Positions 9,418-18,669 of a DNA stretch of 64,000 nucleotides are shown piece after piece. A program made the translations under genes and the position numbers. This stretch comes from Crocinitomicaceae bacterium (lineage in GTDB: Bacteria > Bacteroidota > Bacteroidia > Flavobacteriales_D > Crocinitomicaceae): positions 57,133 to 121,132 of the forward strand of contig JAKVAR010000009.1 in NCBI GenBank assembly GCA_022447585.1, read 5' to 3'. Within the stretch, counting starts at the first letter, position 1. Each line of letters starts with the position of its first letter. The notes beneath the pieces are model-generated. The model was not told the DNA's origin, searched no databases, and saw only the letters and a program-made list of their open reading frames with translations.

Positions 9418-10676
9418 TTAAACTTAATCTTCTCAGGTTTACGCATATGCTTTTTATGAACTAGTCCGCGTAACTTATTTATTTCCATAAACTCAAATTT
9501 GGGAATTACACGTAGTTTTGATTTGCACAATTCTTTAACCTCATTTATTGTTGAAGGTTTAAGCTTATCTTCAAGTAAAACAGTAATAATATCGTTATTC
9601 AATTCATCTTTATCTATGATGACCTTATAGCAAGAAATTACTTTAAACTCCTCCAGAACATCGAATATTGCTTTTGGAAATAAGGTAGTGCCGCGGTATT
9701 TAATCATTTGATTTTTTCTGCCAATAATTGGACCTAAACGCGGGGTATTTCTTCCACAACTACATGTGTTTCGGTATACTTTTGCAATGTCTCCGGTTCG
9801 ATATCGAATCAAAGGTGATCCTTCAACGCCAAGGGTTGTGACCACAATTTCTCCTGACTCTTCATGCCGGGCTTCGGTTCCATCCTCTTTCAATACTTCC
9901 ATGAAAAGTAAGTCATCATTTAAATGACAACCTTGCTGCGCGGTGCACTCAGAAAAAGCTGCTCCCATTTCTGTAGATGCATAGGTAGAAAATATTTGAA
10001 CATCCCAATTTTCAAGAATTCTAGCTCCTAATTTGTTATAGCTTAGGTCTTCATTACGAATGGGTTCACCGATACACACAATTGACTTCACCGAAGTTGA
10101 ATTAAAGTCGATGTTATTTTCTCTAGCGTAATCTAATAGCGTAACAATAAAAGAAGGAACTGCAATTAATGTACTTGGTTTATATTTTAAAATTGAATTC
10201 CATTGCAATTGCGGGACTCCAGGACCTATTCGAATCATTCCGGCACCTAATTTTTGGACGCCTAAGAAATACGCTATTCCAGCCATGAATTGCTTATCTA
10301 TAGTTGTCAGTAATTGAAAAACATCAGTATGATCTTTACCCATCAATTTGAAAGAATCACGCTCATTGGTAGCTAAACGCTCTAAATCATTTTTAGTAAG
10401 GAATAAAGAAATCGGATTTCCAGTTGTGCCAGAGGTAGTAACAAAATCAGCCACTTTATTCAAAGGGACAGCCAAGAATTTATCATTGTTAGATGCTAGA
10501 TCATCTTTGGTTGTAAAGGGAAGTTGTTTATATGCTTCCAAGGAAAATGAATCTTCTTTTAATAAAAAATCACCTATAGTTTTTTGATAATATGGTGAGT
10601 TCGATTTCGCATAATTAATTACGTCAAATAGTGATTTTAAACTCTTTTCTGTATATTTAAACTCTGAGATCTCCAT
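9414..10676 (-). CDS. Phenylacetate-CoA ligase (PaaK)/F390-synthetase-family adenylate-forming enzyme
   Basis: 420 aa with P-loop-like AMP motif TTSGTTGNPIS. The size and C-terminal region are typical of PaaK-like ligases. Confidence 0.8.
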   Translation of the reverse strand: MEISEFKYTEKSLKSLFDVINYAKSNSPYYQKTIGDFLLKEDSFSLEAYKQLPFTTKDDLASNNDKFLAVPLNKVADFVTTSGTTGNPISLFLTKNDLERLATNERDSFKLMGKDHTDVFQLLTTIDKQFMAGIAYFLGVQKLGAGMIRIGPGVPQLQWNSILKYKPSTLIAVPSFIVTLLDYARENNIDFNSTSVKSIVCIGEPIRNEDLSYNKLGARILENWDVQIFSTYASTEMGAAFSECTAQQGCHLNDDLLFMEVLKEDGTEARHEESGEIVVTTLGVEGSPLIRYRTGDIAKVYRNTCSCGRNTPRLGPIIGRKNQMIKYRGTTLFPKAIFDVLEEFKVISCYKVIIDKDELNNDIITVLLEDKLKPSTINEVKELCKSKLRVIPKFEFMEINKLRGLVHKKHMRKPEKIKFN

Positions 10677-12370
10677 TAATTACATTCCTTTATTAATTCT
10701 TCGAATTCTTTTTCAATTGCTGGTGATGCCACCTTTTTTGTTAATGCCAATTCGAAATAGTTCTTAGCTGAGGCTTGATCTTTTTTCTTTAAGAAATACC
10801 TTCCTAGCATTTCGTATGTGATGTATAATTCCCTATTACTATTAATAAACGCTTGCACTTCAGCTTCACTAAGAGATAGGGGAGTATTGAAATTTAGAAA
10901 ACTGGAAATCTTGTTCTTAACAGTTTTATACTGTTTGAATAGTTTATAATCTCTAGAATACAAGAAAGGGTCGGGAGCAATACTAAGCACTGAAGAAGCG
11001 TCTTTTTTTGCAAATACTTTACTTAAATCGTACCCTTTGAATGCTCCTAATTGAAAGTCTCTTGTAGTTATATAGAATTTTAATTCCTCGGGCTGAATAA
11101 CAACACTGTGATGCACGATTAACTGATTTATTGCTCTAGGATTACCCATTCCTAAAGTATCTCCATTTTCTCCATGTTGATTTCTCAAGATAGCGGCGGC
11201 GGAGTAAATGTCTAATTGACGTTGCTCATTCAGAAGGCTTTGGACTCTGTTGTATCTGTATTTAGAATCGCTTTCTTCAATATTTGTAATGTTTATTGGG
11301 TCATTAATGAAAGCTTCAGATTGGTAATGATTGGAACAAATTAATGTATTTGTTTCCGTGTAATAAACTCCCATTTTAGTTGGGGACTTCTCAATCAAAG
11401 CAGCTTTTCTATCTTTTCTTGACGAAACCATAATTGTTTCAGATACAAAAGTTTCTCTTGTTTTTGCAATTGCAATTGCTTCATCGATGGTGCTTGCATA
11501 TTGCAGTATTTCTCTCGCTAATAGAGATATTGGAGTTTTCGCCCCGGTTGGTAAATCAGATTTGGAAGCATTTATTGTTACACTTAGTCCTTCTGTATTT
11601 AAGCCTGAGACAACTCCTGTGAATCCTGCCCATGAATATGAAGCAAATGCATGTCCTTTATCTGGTTTAATGAAAAGAACTAATTTCTCTTCTGCAAAAT
11701 CATCTCCTACAAAGAAATCAAAGTTTCTACCGACAATTAGCGAGCTGTCAATTGTTTTGTCATCTTTTATGGCAAACGAAGTACATCCCACCATACTATA
11801 ATCGTTCAGTGCATGACCAATATCATGAGCTGCATGATAGTTCAAAATACGATCATATTTTGATGCTATGTAATTATATTCATCCGAGAAAGATTGTGAA
11901 ATACCATAGATTTCTTGTTGATTTTCTATAGCAATGAAATCCGGAAGATCTTTGTTGAAGAATCCTATCATTAGTCTTAAAAACTGCTGCCATGTCTGGC
12001 TAGGAACCAAGTTATCTATCTGTTTTACAAAAATAGTTTCTTGTTTTTGAACAAGTTCTTTTGCGAGTTTTCCATAAATTAATCCTCGCTCATATGGAGC
12101 TCCTTCGATGTACATTTCCCAAACACCAAATTCGTTTTTCTTTAACCAGTTATCACCAATGATATAATGATTATCTGCAACCTTTATTCTTTCTCCAATA
12201 TCAATTGATTCAACATCAGGAGGAGATATTTTGGAGACAATAATGATTAGCGTAATAAGAACTAATATAACCCCAATAAAAAGCTCGAAAATTACTAACC
12301 CACCTTTAAAAAGGAAATTAAGTATTCTAATGATTAAATGTTGTTTTTTCATTTTTTGGAAATCGTTCAA
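10676..12370 (-). CDS. Peptidase C45 / acyl-CoA:6-aminopenicillanic-acid acyltransferase-like Ntn hydrolase, membrane anchored, with TPR-like C-terminus
   Basis: N-terminal TM helix. The candidate Ntn nucleophile context is MVGCTSFA (Gly-Cys self-cleavage site type). The C-terminal sequence LGRYFLKKKDQASAKNYFELAL is TPR-like. Confidence 0.65.
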   Translation of the reverse strand: MNDFQKMKKQHLIIRILNFLFKGGLVIFELFIGVILVLITLIIIVSKISPPDVESIDIGERIKVADNHYIIGDNWLKKNEFGVWEMYIEGAPYERGLIYGKLAKELVQKQETIFVKQIDNLVPSQTWQQFLRLMIGFFNKDLPDFIAIENQQEIYGISQSFSDEYNYIASKYDRILNYHAAHDIGHALNDYSMVGCTSFAIKDDKTIDSSLIVGRNFDFFVGDDFAEEKLVLFIKPDKGHAFASYSWAGFTGVVSGLNTEGLSVTINASKSDLPTGAKTPISLLAREILQYASTIDEAIAIAKTRETFVSETIMVSSRKDRKAALIEKSPTKMGVYYTETNTLICSNHYQSEAFINDPINITNIEESDSKYRYNRVQSLLNEQRQLDIYSAAAILRNQHGENGDTLGMGNPRAINQLIVHHSVVIQPEELKFYITTRDFQLGAFKGYDLSKVFAKKDASSVLSIAPDPFLYSRDYKLFKQYKTVKNKISSFLNFNTPLSLSEAEVQAFINSNRELYITYEMLGRYFLKKKDQASAKNYFELALTKKVASPAIEKEFEELIKECN

Positions 12371-12400
12371 AGATAAAGAATATTACCTTTACACTTTAGT

Positions 12401-12961
12401 ATGATTGAAGAATTAATAAGGATTGATTTAGAGCGGAGCGGCGCAAAGGTTATTGTTTTCTCTTTTGAAAAGGACTTAATCTTAAATAAGAAATCGAAAG
12501 TTGATTTTCAGCGACAAGTTGTATTAGGTTTTCTTAGAAAGGAACTGAAAAATAATGAATTAAAAATCGAGCACTTTGATAATGGAGCACCATATTTAGT
12601 AGGATCAGACTTTCATTTATCTATTTCACATTCCCATCAGTTTTATGCGATCTATCTATCTGCAAAGAGTAATATTGGTATAGATGTTCAATGTATAAAG
12701 AATAACATCAAAAAGGGAGTTCACTATTTCGTTAATTTAGAAGAACAAAACACGATTGAATTGACTTTGGAGAACTTACATCTAATATGGTCAGCGAAAG
12801 AAGCCATTTACAAAATGTTTAAAGGAGAAATCGAGTTTTATAAAGATGATATCACAATAAATTCAATTCATCAAAATCAACTTTATGTTTCCTGCAAGAA
12901 TGAAAAAATTCAATGTAAATATAGATTAGAGGAAAAGTTTAGCCTTGTTTATTCAGTATAG
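12401..12961 (+). CDS. 4'-phosphopantetheinyl transferase
   Basis: 186 aa with motifs GIDVQ and WSAKEAIYK (W..KEA..K), which are characteristic of the PPTase superfamily. Confidence 0.8.
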   Translation: MIEELIRIDLERSGAKVIVFSFEKDLILNKKSKVDFQRQVVLGFLRKELKNNELKIEHFDNGAPYLVGSDFHLSISHSHQFYAIYLSAKSNIGIDVQCIKNNIKKGVHYFVNLEEQNTIELTLENLHLIWSAKEAIYKMFKGEIEFYKDDITINSIHQNQLYVSCKNEKIQCKYRLEEKFSLVYSV

Positions 12962-13355
12962 ATTTAATTTCTTTTGACCACGCAAGACAATCATTTAATG
13001 ATGTAAATGATTTTGATGGACGTTTTGGTCTTGCCAGTTTGAAATATAGATTTGCGATAAACCGCTGCCTTAAGCCATCCACGATAATGGCAGTTGATAT
13101 TACAGGATATGTTTCTTCAACTACTTTTGTATGTTTTCTTGCATGATGCGTAAATATTACATTAGAACCAGCTTGAAATACAAATTGACGAGGTTCTTCA
13201 GTAAGCTTCCATAAACTATCATGCATTTCATATAAAACATCCTTTGTTATAACAACATTGTCTTTTATGTGTACATGAACGATATCGTCGGTTCTAACAA
13301 AACCTACAATATGAGCAGTTTCTATTTTGGATTCAAATTCGTCGTAATCTAACAT
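12939..13355 (-). CDS. Hypothetical protein (possible STAS/SpoIIAA-like fold)
   Basis: 138-aa ORF packed between the convergent PPTase and the CDF gene. I recognised no diagnostic motif. Confidence 0.45.
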   Translation of the reverse strand: MLDYDEFESKIETAHIVGFVRTDDIVHVHIKDNVVITKDVLYEMHDSLWKLTEEPRQFVFQAGSNVIFTHHARKHTKVVEETYPVISTAIIVDGLRQRFIANLYFKLARPKRPSKSFTSLNDCLAWSKEIKSILNKQG

Positions 13356-14188
13356 AATTCAATGGTGCAATGTTGGATGTTATACCTAGCTAAGTCACTG
13401 TGAATATCGCTAATTATTTCCGGTTTTGCATTTGGTTGGAGGTTAATATTGATGGTCATTACATTGTATTCACCATCGAGTGACCAAATGTGAATATCAG
13501 AAAATGAGTTGATTTTAGGGTTATTATTCAGGTATGATTTAATTTCATCTAAATTTACATTTGAAGGGATTCGCTGCAAAATTACAGCCATAGTACTTTT
13601 AATATTTCGATATATATTAAAGAGAATAAAACAGGTAATCAAAATCGATAGAATAGGATCTATTATCGGGATGTCCCAAAAGAGCATTACGATTGAACCA
13701 ATTAGCACAGCTAACCATCCAAGGACATCTTCCAGTAGATGAAGGGATACTACTTTTTCATTCAATGAGGTTCCTTTTTTTAAATTGAATACTGCCGCTC
13801 CGTTTATAATTATTCCTATAATTGATAGAATTATCATTCCTTTGGGGTCAACTTCTTCTGGGTGAATTAATCTTGGAATTGTTTCCCATAAGATGAATAT
13901 ACATCCAAAGAATAAGACTACAGTATTTATAAGAGCTCCAATCACGGAGAATCTTCGATAACCATAAGAATAATCGTCATCTCTATCTTTTTGAGAAATT
14001 TTTTGAAAATACCAGGCTAAACCAAGTGATAAACTATCTCCTAGATCGTGAATAGCATCAGAAAAAATCGCAACACTATTTGTCATAAATCCGCCAACTA
14101 TTTCAACAATAGTAAAAGCAAGATTCAAAAAGAAAGCTGCTTTAATGTTCTTTGTAGAATTCGACGATATTCCGTGTTTATGCGCCAT
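13349..14188 (-). CDS. Cation diffusion facilitator family transporter (CzcD/ZitB-like)
   Basis: Six-TM N-terminal domain with FSDAIHDLGDSLSL and HLLEDVLGW metal-site motifs, followed by a cytoplasmic C-terminal domain. Confidence 0.9.
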   Translation of the reverse strand: MAHKHGISSNSTKNIKAAFFLNLAFTIVEIVGGFMTNSVAIFSDAIHDLGDSLSLGLAWYFQKISQKDRDDDYSYGYRRFSVIGALINTVVLFFGCIFILWETIPRLIHPEEVDPKGMIILSIIGIIINGAAVFNLKKGTSLNEKVVSLHLLEDVLGWLAVLIGSIVMLFWDIPIIDPILSILITCFILFNIYRNIKSTMAVILQRIPSNVNLDEIKSYLNNNPKINSFSDIHIWSLDGEYNVMTININLQPNAKPEIISDIHSDLARYNIQHCTIELC

Positions 14189-14619
14189 TACTTATTTGTA
14201 CTTATTATAAAGTCAACTCTTCGATTTCTTAGCGCATCTTCTTCTGTTTTTTCAGGAAAAACTAAGGGGACTTTGTCGTTATATCCCTTATGAGTAAGAC
14301 GGTCTTTTTCTATTCCACCACGTTTTAAATATAAATATGCTTTTCTCGCTCTTCGCTTACTTACTCGATAACTTGGGCCACAACAAACATGTCCTCTGAC
14401 GTGAACCGTCCAGCTAGGGTTGGCTTGCATTAAATCAATGAGATAGCTTAAAATGCTAGAATAGTTTGGGGCAACTTGAACACTGCTGCCTAGATATTTC
14501 ATGTCAAATTCGAATAGAAACTCCGAGCTGTCAGTAGGAGGAGTATAAAGTTGCACAGAATCCTGACTATAGGTCGATCTAGCAAGAATGCAAAACACGA
14601 TTGCTCCAACGAATTTCAT
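14188..14619 (-). CDS. OmpA-family (OmpA_C-like) protein
   Basis: C-terminal RA..AYLYL..GI..DRL..GY...NRRVDF pattern. I prefer the ATG at 14619 (MKFVGAIVFCILA signal peptide) over the track start at 14655, which would overlap the upstream gene. Confidence 0.7.
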   Translation of the reverse strand: MKFVGAIVFCILARSTYSQDSVQLYTPPTDSSEFLFEFDMKYLGSSVQVAPNYSSILSYLIDLMQANPSWTVHVRGHVCCGPSYRVSKRRARKAYLYLKRGGIEKDRLTHKGYNDKVPLVFPEKTEEDALRNRRVDFIISTNK

Positions 14620-14620
14620 T

Positions 14621-14869
14621 TTACTTCTTTTTAAATAACATGCGTGTTCCTGCAATTAATAAAATAGCTCCAATTGTTGCTGTTATTATTCTTCCTAACC
14701 AACTGTTTTCCACAGAAACATTCAATAAATCGAAAACCCAGTTTCCAACGTAACCACCTAAAATCCCAAGGATAATGTTTAAAAGAATACCACCGGATTT
14801 TGAATGCATGATCTTACTCGCGAGCCATCCTGCAATTGCGCCACATAATACCGATATTAATGTCTCCAT
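14621..14869 (-). CDS. GlsB/YeaQ/YmgE family stress-response membrane protein
   Basis: 82 aa with three Gly-rich TM helices: GAIAGWLASKI..GGILLNIILGILGGYVGNWVF. Confidence 0.85.
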   Translation of the reverse strand: METLISVLCGAIAGWLASKIMHSKSGGILLNIILGILGGYVGNWVFDLLNVSVENSWLGRIITATIGAILLIAGTRMLFKKK

Positions 14870-14903
14870 GGTTTTATATTTTGTTCACTTAGAATAAATA
14901 TAC

Positions 14904-14938
14904 TAAAAAAAAGCCCTTAGTCACAATGACTAAGGGCT
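14904..14938 (-). terminator. Rho-independent terminator downstream of the M16 gene pair
   Basis: Perfect 12-bp stem AGCCCTTAGTCA/TGACTAAGGGCT with a 3-nt loop, followed on the minus strand by T8. Confidence 0.8.
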
Positions 14939-14958
14939 GCCCAAAAATTGATATTTAA

Positions 14959-17040
14959 CTATTTATAAGTTGATGTATCAGCTTTACCATTTAACGTGGT
15001 AGAAATTACTTTGCCTTCGAAAAAGACTCCGCCAGTATTAATCGTAATTGAAGTTGGAAACATAAATCCACCTTCTTCTTTATAGTTAGAAAAAGTTGTT
15101 GTTGTTTCCATTGTTTCTTCTCCTTGCGATGAAATTGACAGTGAACCAACTTTAAAGAAAGATTCTTTATCGAAATAGTCATATGTTTCAGATGTGCCAT
15201 CATTTACCCTTAAAACGTAAACTGGTTTCCCATCTTTGATTTCAATACCTAAGATTTCATGGTCCATGCCAGAAGTTGAGTAGTTCATCTCAGGAAAGAG
15301 ACCAACAGAAAATTGTTTTGCTTTAATTTCTTCTTCGGTCATTTCTTGCTTACCTGTTTTCATATTCACAGTGTATCCAGTTGAACCATCAAAGTAAGAA
15401 CGCTGAAATACCATTCCTTGTCCTTCCATTTTTTGTACCTCAATATTGGGAGAAATCCATAAGCGGGAAGATTTCATAGGAAATGGAACTTGGTCCATCG
15501 TTAATTCAACAACTTGTTCTAGGGATTTTAATTTCTTCATTTTTTTCTTTAAAACTTTCTCAGAGTCAGTTAACGTTGTTGCAGCTATGTATTTAGTGAT
15601 AAGCTCTTCTTTGGAGATGTCAGCAGGTATGATGTCTTTGACTTCTTTTCCGAATGCATCCAACTTCTCAATTTTACCATCACGGTCAAAAACAAGTAGT
15701 TTTTCTGCAACTTCTTCGTTTCCTACTACAATTATGTTGCATTTTTCAATCGTAAAGTACTTTTTAGCAACTCTTAATAGGTCTTCTTTTGTAACTGCAT
15801 CTAATCTTTGTAAATAAGTTTGATAGTAATCCGATGGCAAATCATTTTTAATAATACTTAATGCAAATGCTGCAATTGTCGATGGCCGCTCAAGTCCTCT
15901 GGCAAAACTTCCAGCCATTGATGATTTAGTTAAATTAATTTCCTCATCGGTAACTAGTTCACTTGTAATCATCTTTAATTCATGGAGAATTTCGTGAATT
16001 GCAGAATCGGTTACTTCATTTCTAAAGTTACCTCCAGCGACAAACCAACTTCCATTTTCAGAAACACTAACGCCAGATCTACATCCGTAGGTATAAGCTT
16101 TGTCTTCTCTTAGGTTTTGCATTAATCTGTTGCCAAATGCTCCTCCACCTAGAACACCATTTAATACTTTTAATGTTAAATAGTCAGCATTATTTGGTTT
16201 GATATCCATTGGGTACGTTAATTTAATAACGGATTGAACTGCACCTGGTTTCTTTACGAATAAAACCCGGTTACCATCAGGGTAGGTATTTGGTGCATAT
16301 TTAGATTGGGATGCTTTTTTCCCTGACCAAGTTGTAAAATACTTTAGCGTAACTTTTTGAAGCTCTTCTTTATTGATGTCTCCAACGACAACTAGGTAGC
16401 TTCCATCAGGAACGAACGTTTCATTGTAATATTTAACGATTGATTCTCTATCAATATTAGCAAGTGTACTTTCAGTCATTATTTCACCATATGGATGTCC
16501 AGGGAAATTTGCAATAGATTGTGCATTCCTAGCCATTCCGTCAGCATCGCTTTGAATAGAAAGTAAACTTGACTCATTTTGTTTAATGATACGGTCAACT
16601 TCTGATTGTGGAAAGTTCGCATTCATTAATACGTCAGACATCAAATCTAAACCTTTGTTCATGTGCTTTGTAAGACATGACATATAGATAGAGTTGTTAT
16701 CGGCTGATAAGGTTGCTCCGATATAATCTACTTCGCGGTCTAAATCATCTTTTGATTTATTTGACGTGCCAGACATAATTAATGATCCAGCAACTTCAGA
16801 TAAACCTGATTGGTCTCCTTCCATTTTTGGTTTACTGTCCATAACAACGTTAAACGTCACTTTTGGGAGTTTGTGATTTTCTGAAAGGATCACAGTAAGT
16901 CCATTATCCAATTTAAATACTTCAGAATCTTCTATGTTAATTGCAGGGGCTTTTCCAGCCTCTGGGCGAATAGACCTATCTATTTGTCCAAAAAGAAAAG
17001 CTGGTAAGACTAGCGCTATTGTTAAGATATATTTTTTCAT
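14959..17040 (-). CDS. M16-family (pitrilysin/insulinase) peptidase-like subunit lacking HxxEH, with ~230-aa extra C-terminal beta-rich domain
   Basis: Signal peptide MKKYILTIALVLPAFLFGQ followed by two M16 half-domains with no zinc motif. aa ~465-693 form an additional domain. It is separated by 12 nt from the catalytic M16 gene upstream. Confidence 0.8.
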   Translation of the reverse strand: MKKYILTIALVLPAFLFGQIDRSIRPEAGKAPAINIEDSEVFKLDNGLTVILSENHKLPKVTFNVVMDSKPKMEGDQSGLSEVAGSLIMSGTSNKSKDDLDREVDYIGATLSADNNSIYMSCLTKHMNKGLDLMSDVLMNANFPQSEVDRIIKQNESSLLSIQSDADGMARNAQSIANFPGHPYGEIMTESTLANIDRESIVKYYNETFVPDGSYLVVVGDINKEELQKVTLKYFTTWSGKKASQSKYAPNTYPDGNRVLFVKKPGAVQSVIKLTYPMDIKPNNADYLTLKVLNGVLGGGAFGNRLMQNLREDKAYTYGCRSGVSVSENGSWFVAGGNFRNEVTDSAIHEILHELKMITSELVTDEEINLTKSSMAGSFARGLERPSTIAAFALSIIKNDLPSDYYQTYLQRLDAVTKEDLLRVAKKYFTIEKCNIIVVGNEEVAEKLLVFDRDGKIEKLDAFGKEVKDIIPADISKEELITKYIAATTLTDSEKVLKKKMKKLKSLEQVVELTMDQVPFPMKSSRLWISPNIEVQKMEGQGMVFQRSYFDGSTGYTVNMKTGKQEMTEEEIKAKQFSVGLFPEMNYSTSGMDHEILGIEIKDGKPVYVLRVNDGTSETYDYFDKESFFKVGSLSISSQGEETMETTTTFSNYKEEGGFMFPTSITINTGGVFFEGKVISTTLNGKADTSTYK

Positions 17041-17052
17041 TTTTTCCTGGTA

Positions 17053-18528
17053 TTATTTTCCTTCTTCCTCTTTAGGTAAGTAATGTAAAATGATGCGTGC
17101 ATCTTGAGTAAGATATTTTTTCGCTACTCTTTGAATGTCTTCACGTGTAACATTCATGTATTTAGATAACTCAGTATTGACATAGTCAGCATTTCCGAAA
17201 TATACATGACTGTTAGCTAAGTTTTCAGCTATACCAGCAACGGTTGAGTTCGAAGAGATAAACCTATTCTCGTATTGATTTCTCACTTTTTCGAACTCTT
17301 CTTGAGAAATTAATTCGTTTTTAATTAGTTCAATTTGAGCATCAAACTCAGTTTGAATGTCATCTAATTTTTGATCTTTACCGGCAATTGCAGCAAAAAT
17401 TCCCATTCCAGCATCTTCTAATCCATAAGCAAAAGAAAACGCGAACTGAGCCATTTGTTTTTTCTCAACTAATGTTTTATTAATTCTAGATGAAGCTCCT
17501 CCTGATAAGACATCATTCATTATTTCTAGCGCATACATATCTTCATTTGTTTGCTCAGGGAATCTATATGCCATGAATAATCCAGGTAATTGAATGTTAT
17601 CATAAATTACATCGCTAGTTACGCCTGATAATTGCTCCGTTGCTTTTTCGGGTCTTGGGATGTCAACAGGCTTAGCTTCTAAAGATTTTAAAACGGCCTT
17701 CGCTTTTTTGTCTTTCGGGTTTATAAAATCATTTGCAATAAAGGCATTTTTGTTAACGCCATAAGTTTCCAGGAATAAATCATCCGACATTAACTCATAA
17801 TCACGGAACATGTTAATTGCTTGACCTTTTGGCATAGATCCAAAGTACTTAGCAATCCATTTTTTAGTTTGATCAATATCAATGTCACCAGCTATAGAGA
17901 GTGTAGCGTTTTGCGGAACGTAAAATGTTCTATAGAAGTTTATATAATCAGCTTCTTCCGCAGCATCTAGGTGTGCCATGCTTCCAATTGGTTGCCAATT
18001 GTATGGGTGCTCTTTGAACATTCGTTTGAATGTTTCACCAATAAATGTTGCATATGGTTGATTATCGATACGTTGCCTTTTTTCTTCTTTAACAACGCTT
18101 CTTTGAGTTTCAATTCCTTCATTATCAACTTTAGCATGAAGCATACGCTCACTTTCTAGCCATAGTCCAAGTTCTAATTGATTTGATGGTAGTAATTCGT
18201 AATAGAAAGTTCTATCATGAGAAGTGTTAGCATTTAGGGTTCCTCCATTTTTCTCAACTAATTCACTGTATTCGCCCCGTCCAATGTTTGTTGAACCTTC
18301 AAATAATAAATGCTCGAAAAAATGAGCAAAACCTGTTCGGTCTACTTTTTCATTCTTAGAACCTACATGGTAAAGTACAGAAACAGCAACGATTGGCGTT
18401 GCATGTTCTTCATGTAAAATAACGTGGATACCATTGTCAAGGTCATACTCAACATATTCAATCTTTCTTTGTGAAAGAGAAGAGAAGGTTAATCCCGCTA
18501 AAACACCTGTGATAAATAATTTTGTCAT
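17053..18528 (-). CDS. M16-family zinc metallopeptidase (catalytic subunit)
   Basis: Inverted zinc motif HFFEHLLFEGS (HxxEH) and a signal peptide. Confidence 0.9.
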   Translation of the reverse strand: MTKLFITGVLAGLTFSSLSQRKIEYVEYDLDNGIHVILHEEHATPIVAVSVLYHVGSKNEKVDRTGFAHFFEHLLFEGSTNIGRGEYSELVEKNGGTLNANTSHDRTFYYELLPSNQLELGLWLESERMLHAKVDNEGIETQRSVVKEEKRQRIDNQPYATFIGETFKRMFKEHPYNWQPIGSMAHLDAAEEADYINFYRTFYVPQNATLSIAGDIDIDQTKKWIAKYFGSMPKGQAINMFRDYELMSDDLFLETYGVNKNAFIANDFINPKDKKAKAVLKSLEAKPVDIPRPEKATEQLSGVTSDVIYDNIQLPGLFMAYRFPEQTNEDMYALEIMNDVLSGGASSRINKTLVEKKQMAQFAFSFAYGLEDAGMGIFAAIAGKDQKLDDIQTEFDAQIELIKNELISQEEFEKVRNQYENRFISSNSTVAGIAENLANSHVYFGNADYVNTELSKYMNVTREDIQRVAKKYLTQDARIILHYLPKEEEGK

Positions 18529-18669
18529 TTGTGATTTTTCGATTTGTTATTAAACAAAGAAAATAAGAATATTAGAATATCGTTGGTCAATATAGATACT
18601 TGGATGAATTATCTGACAAGCGGTATTTTGATTGGATAAATTGGCTTAAAAATTGATTATCTTTGGAGT

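Noticed and set aside
14048-14293. 81-aa plus-strand ORF across the CDF/OmpA junction.
   Set aside because: It is antisense to two motif-supported genes that abut at 14188.
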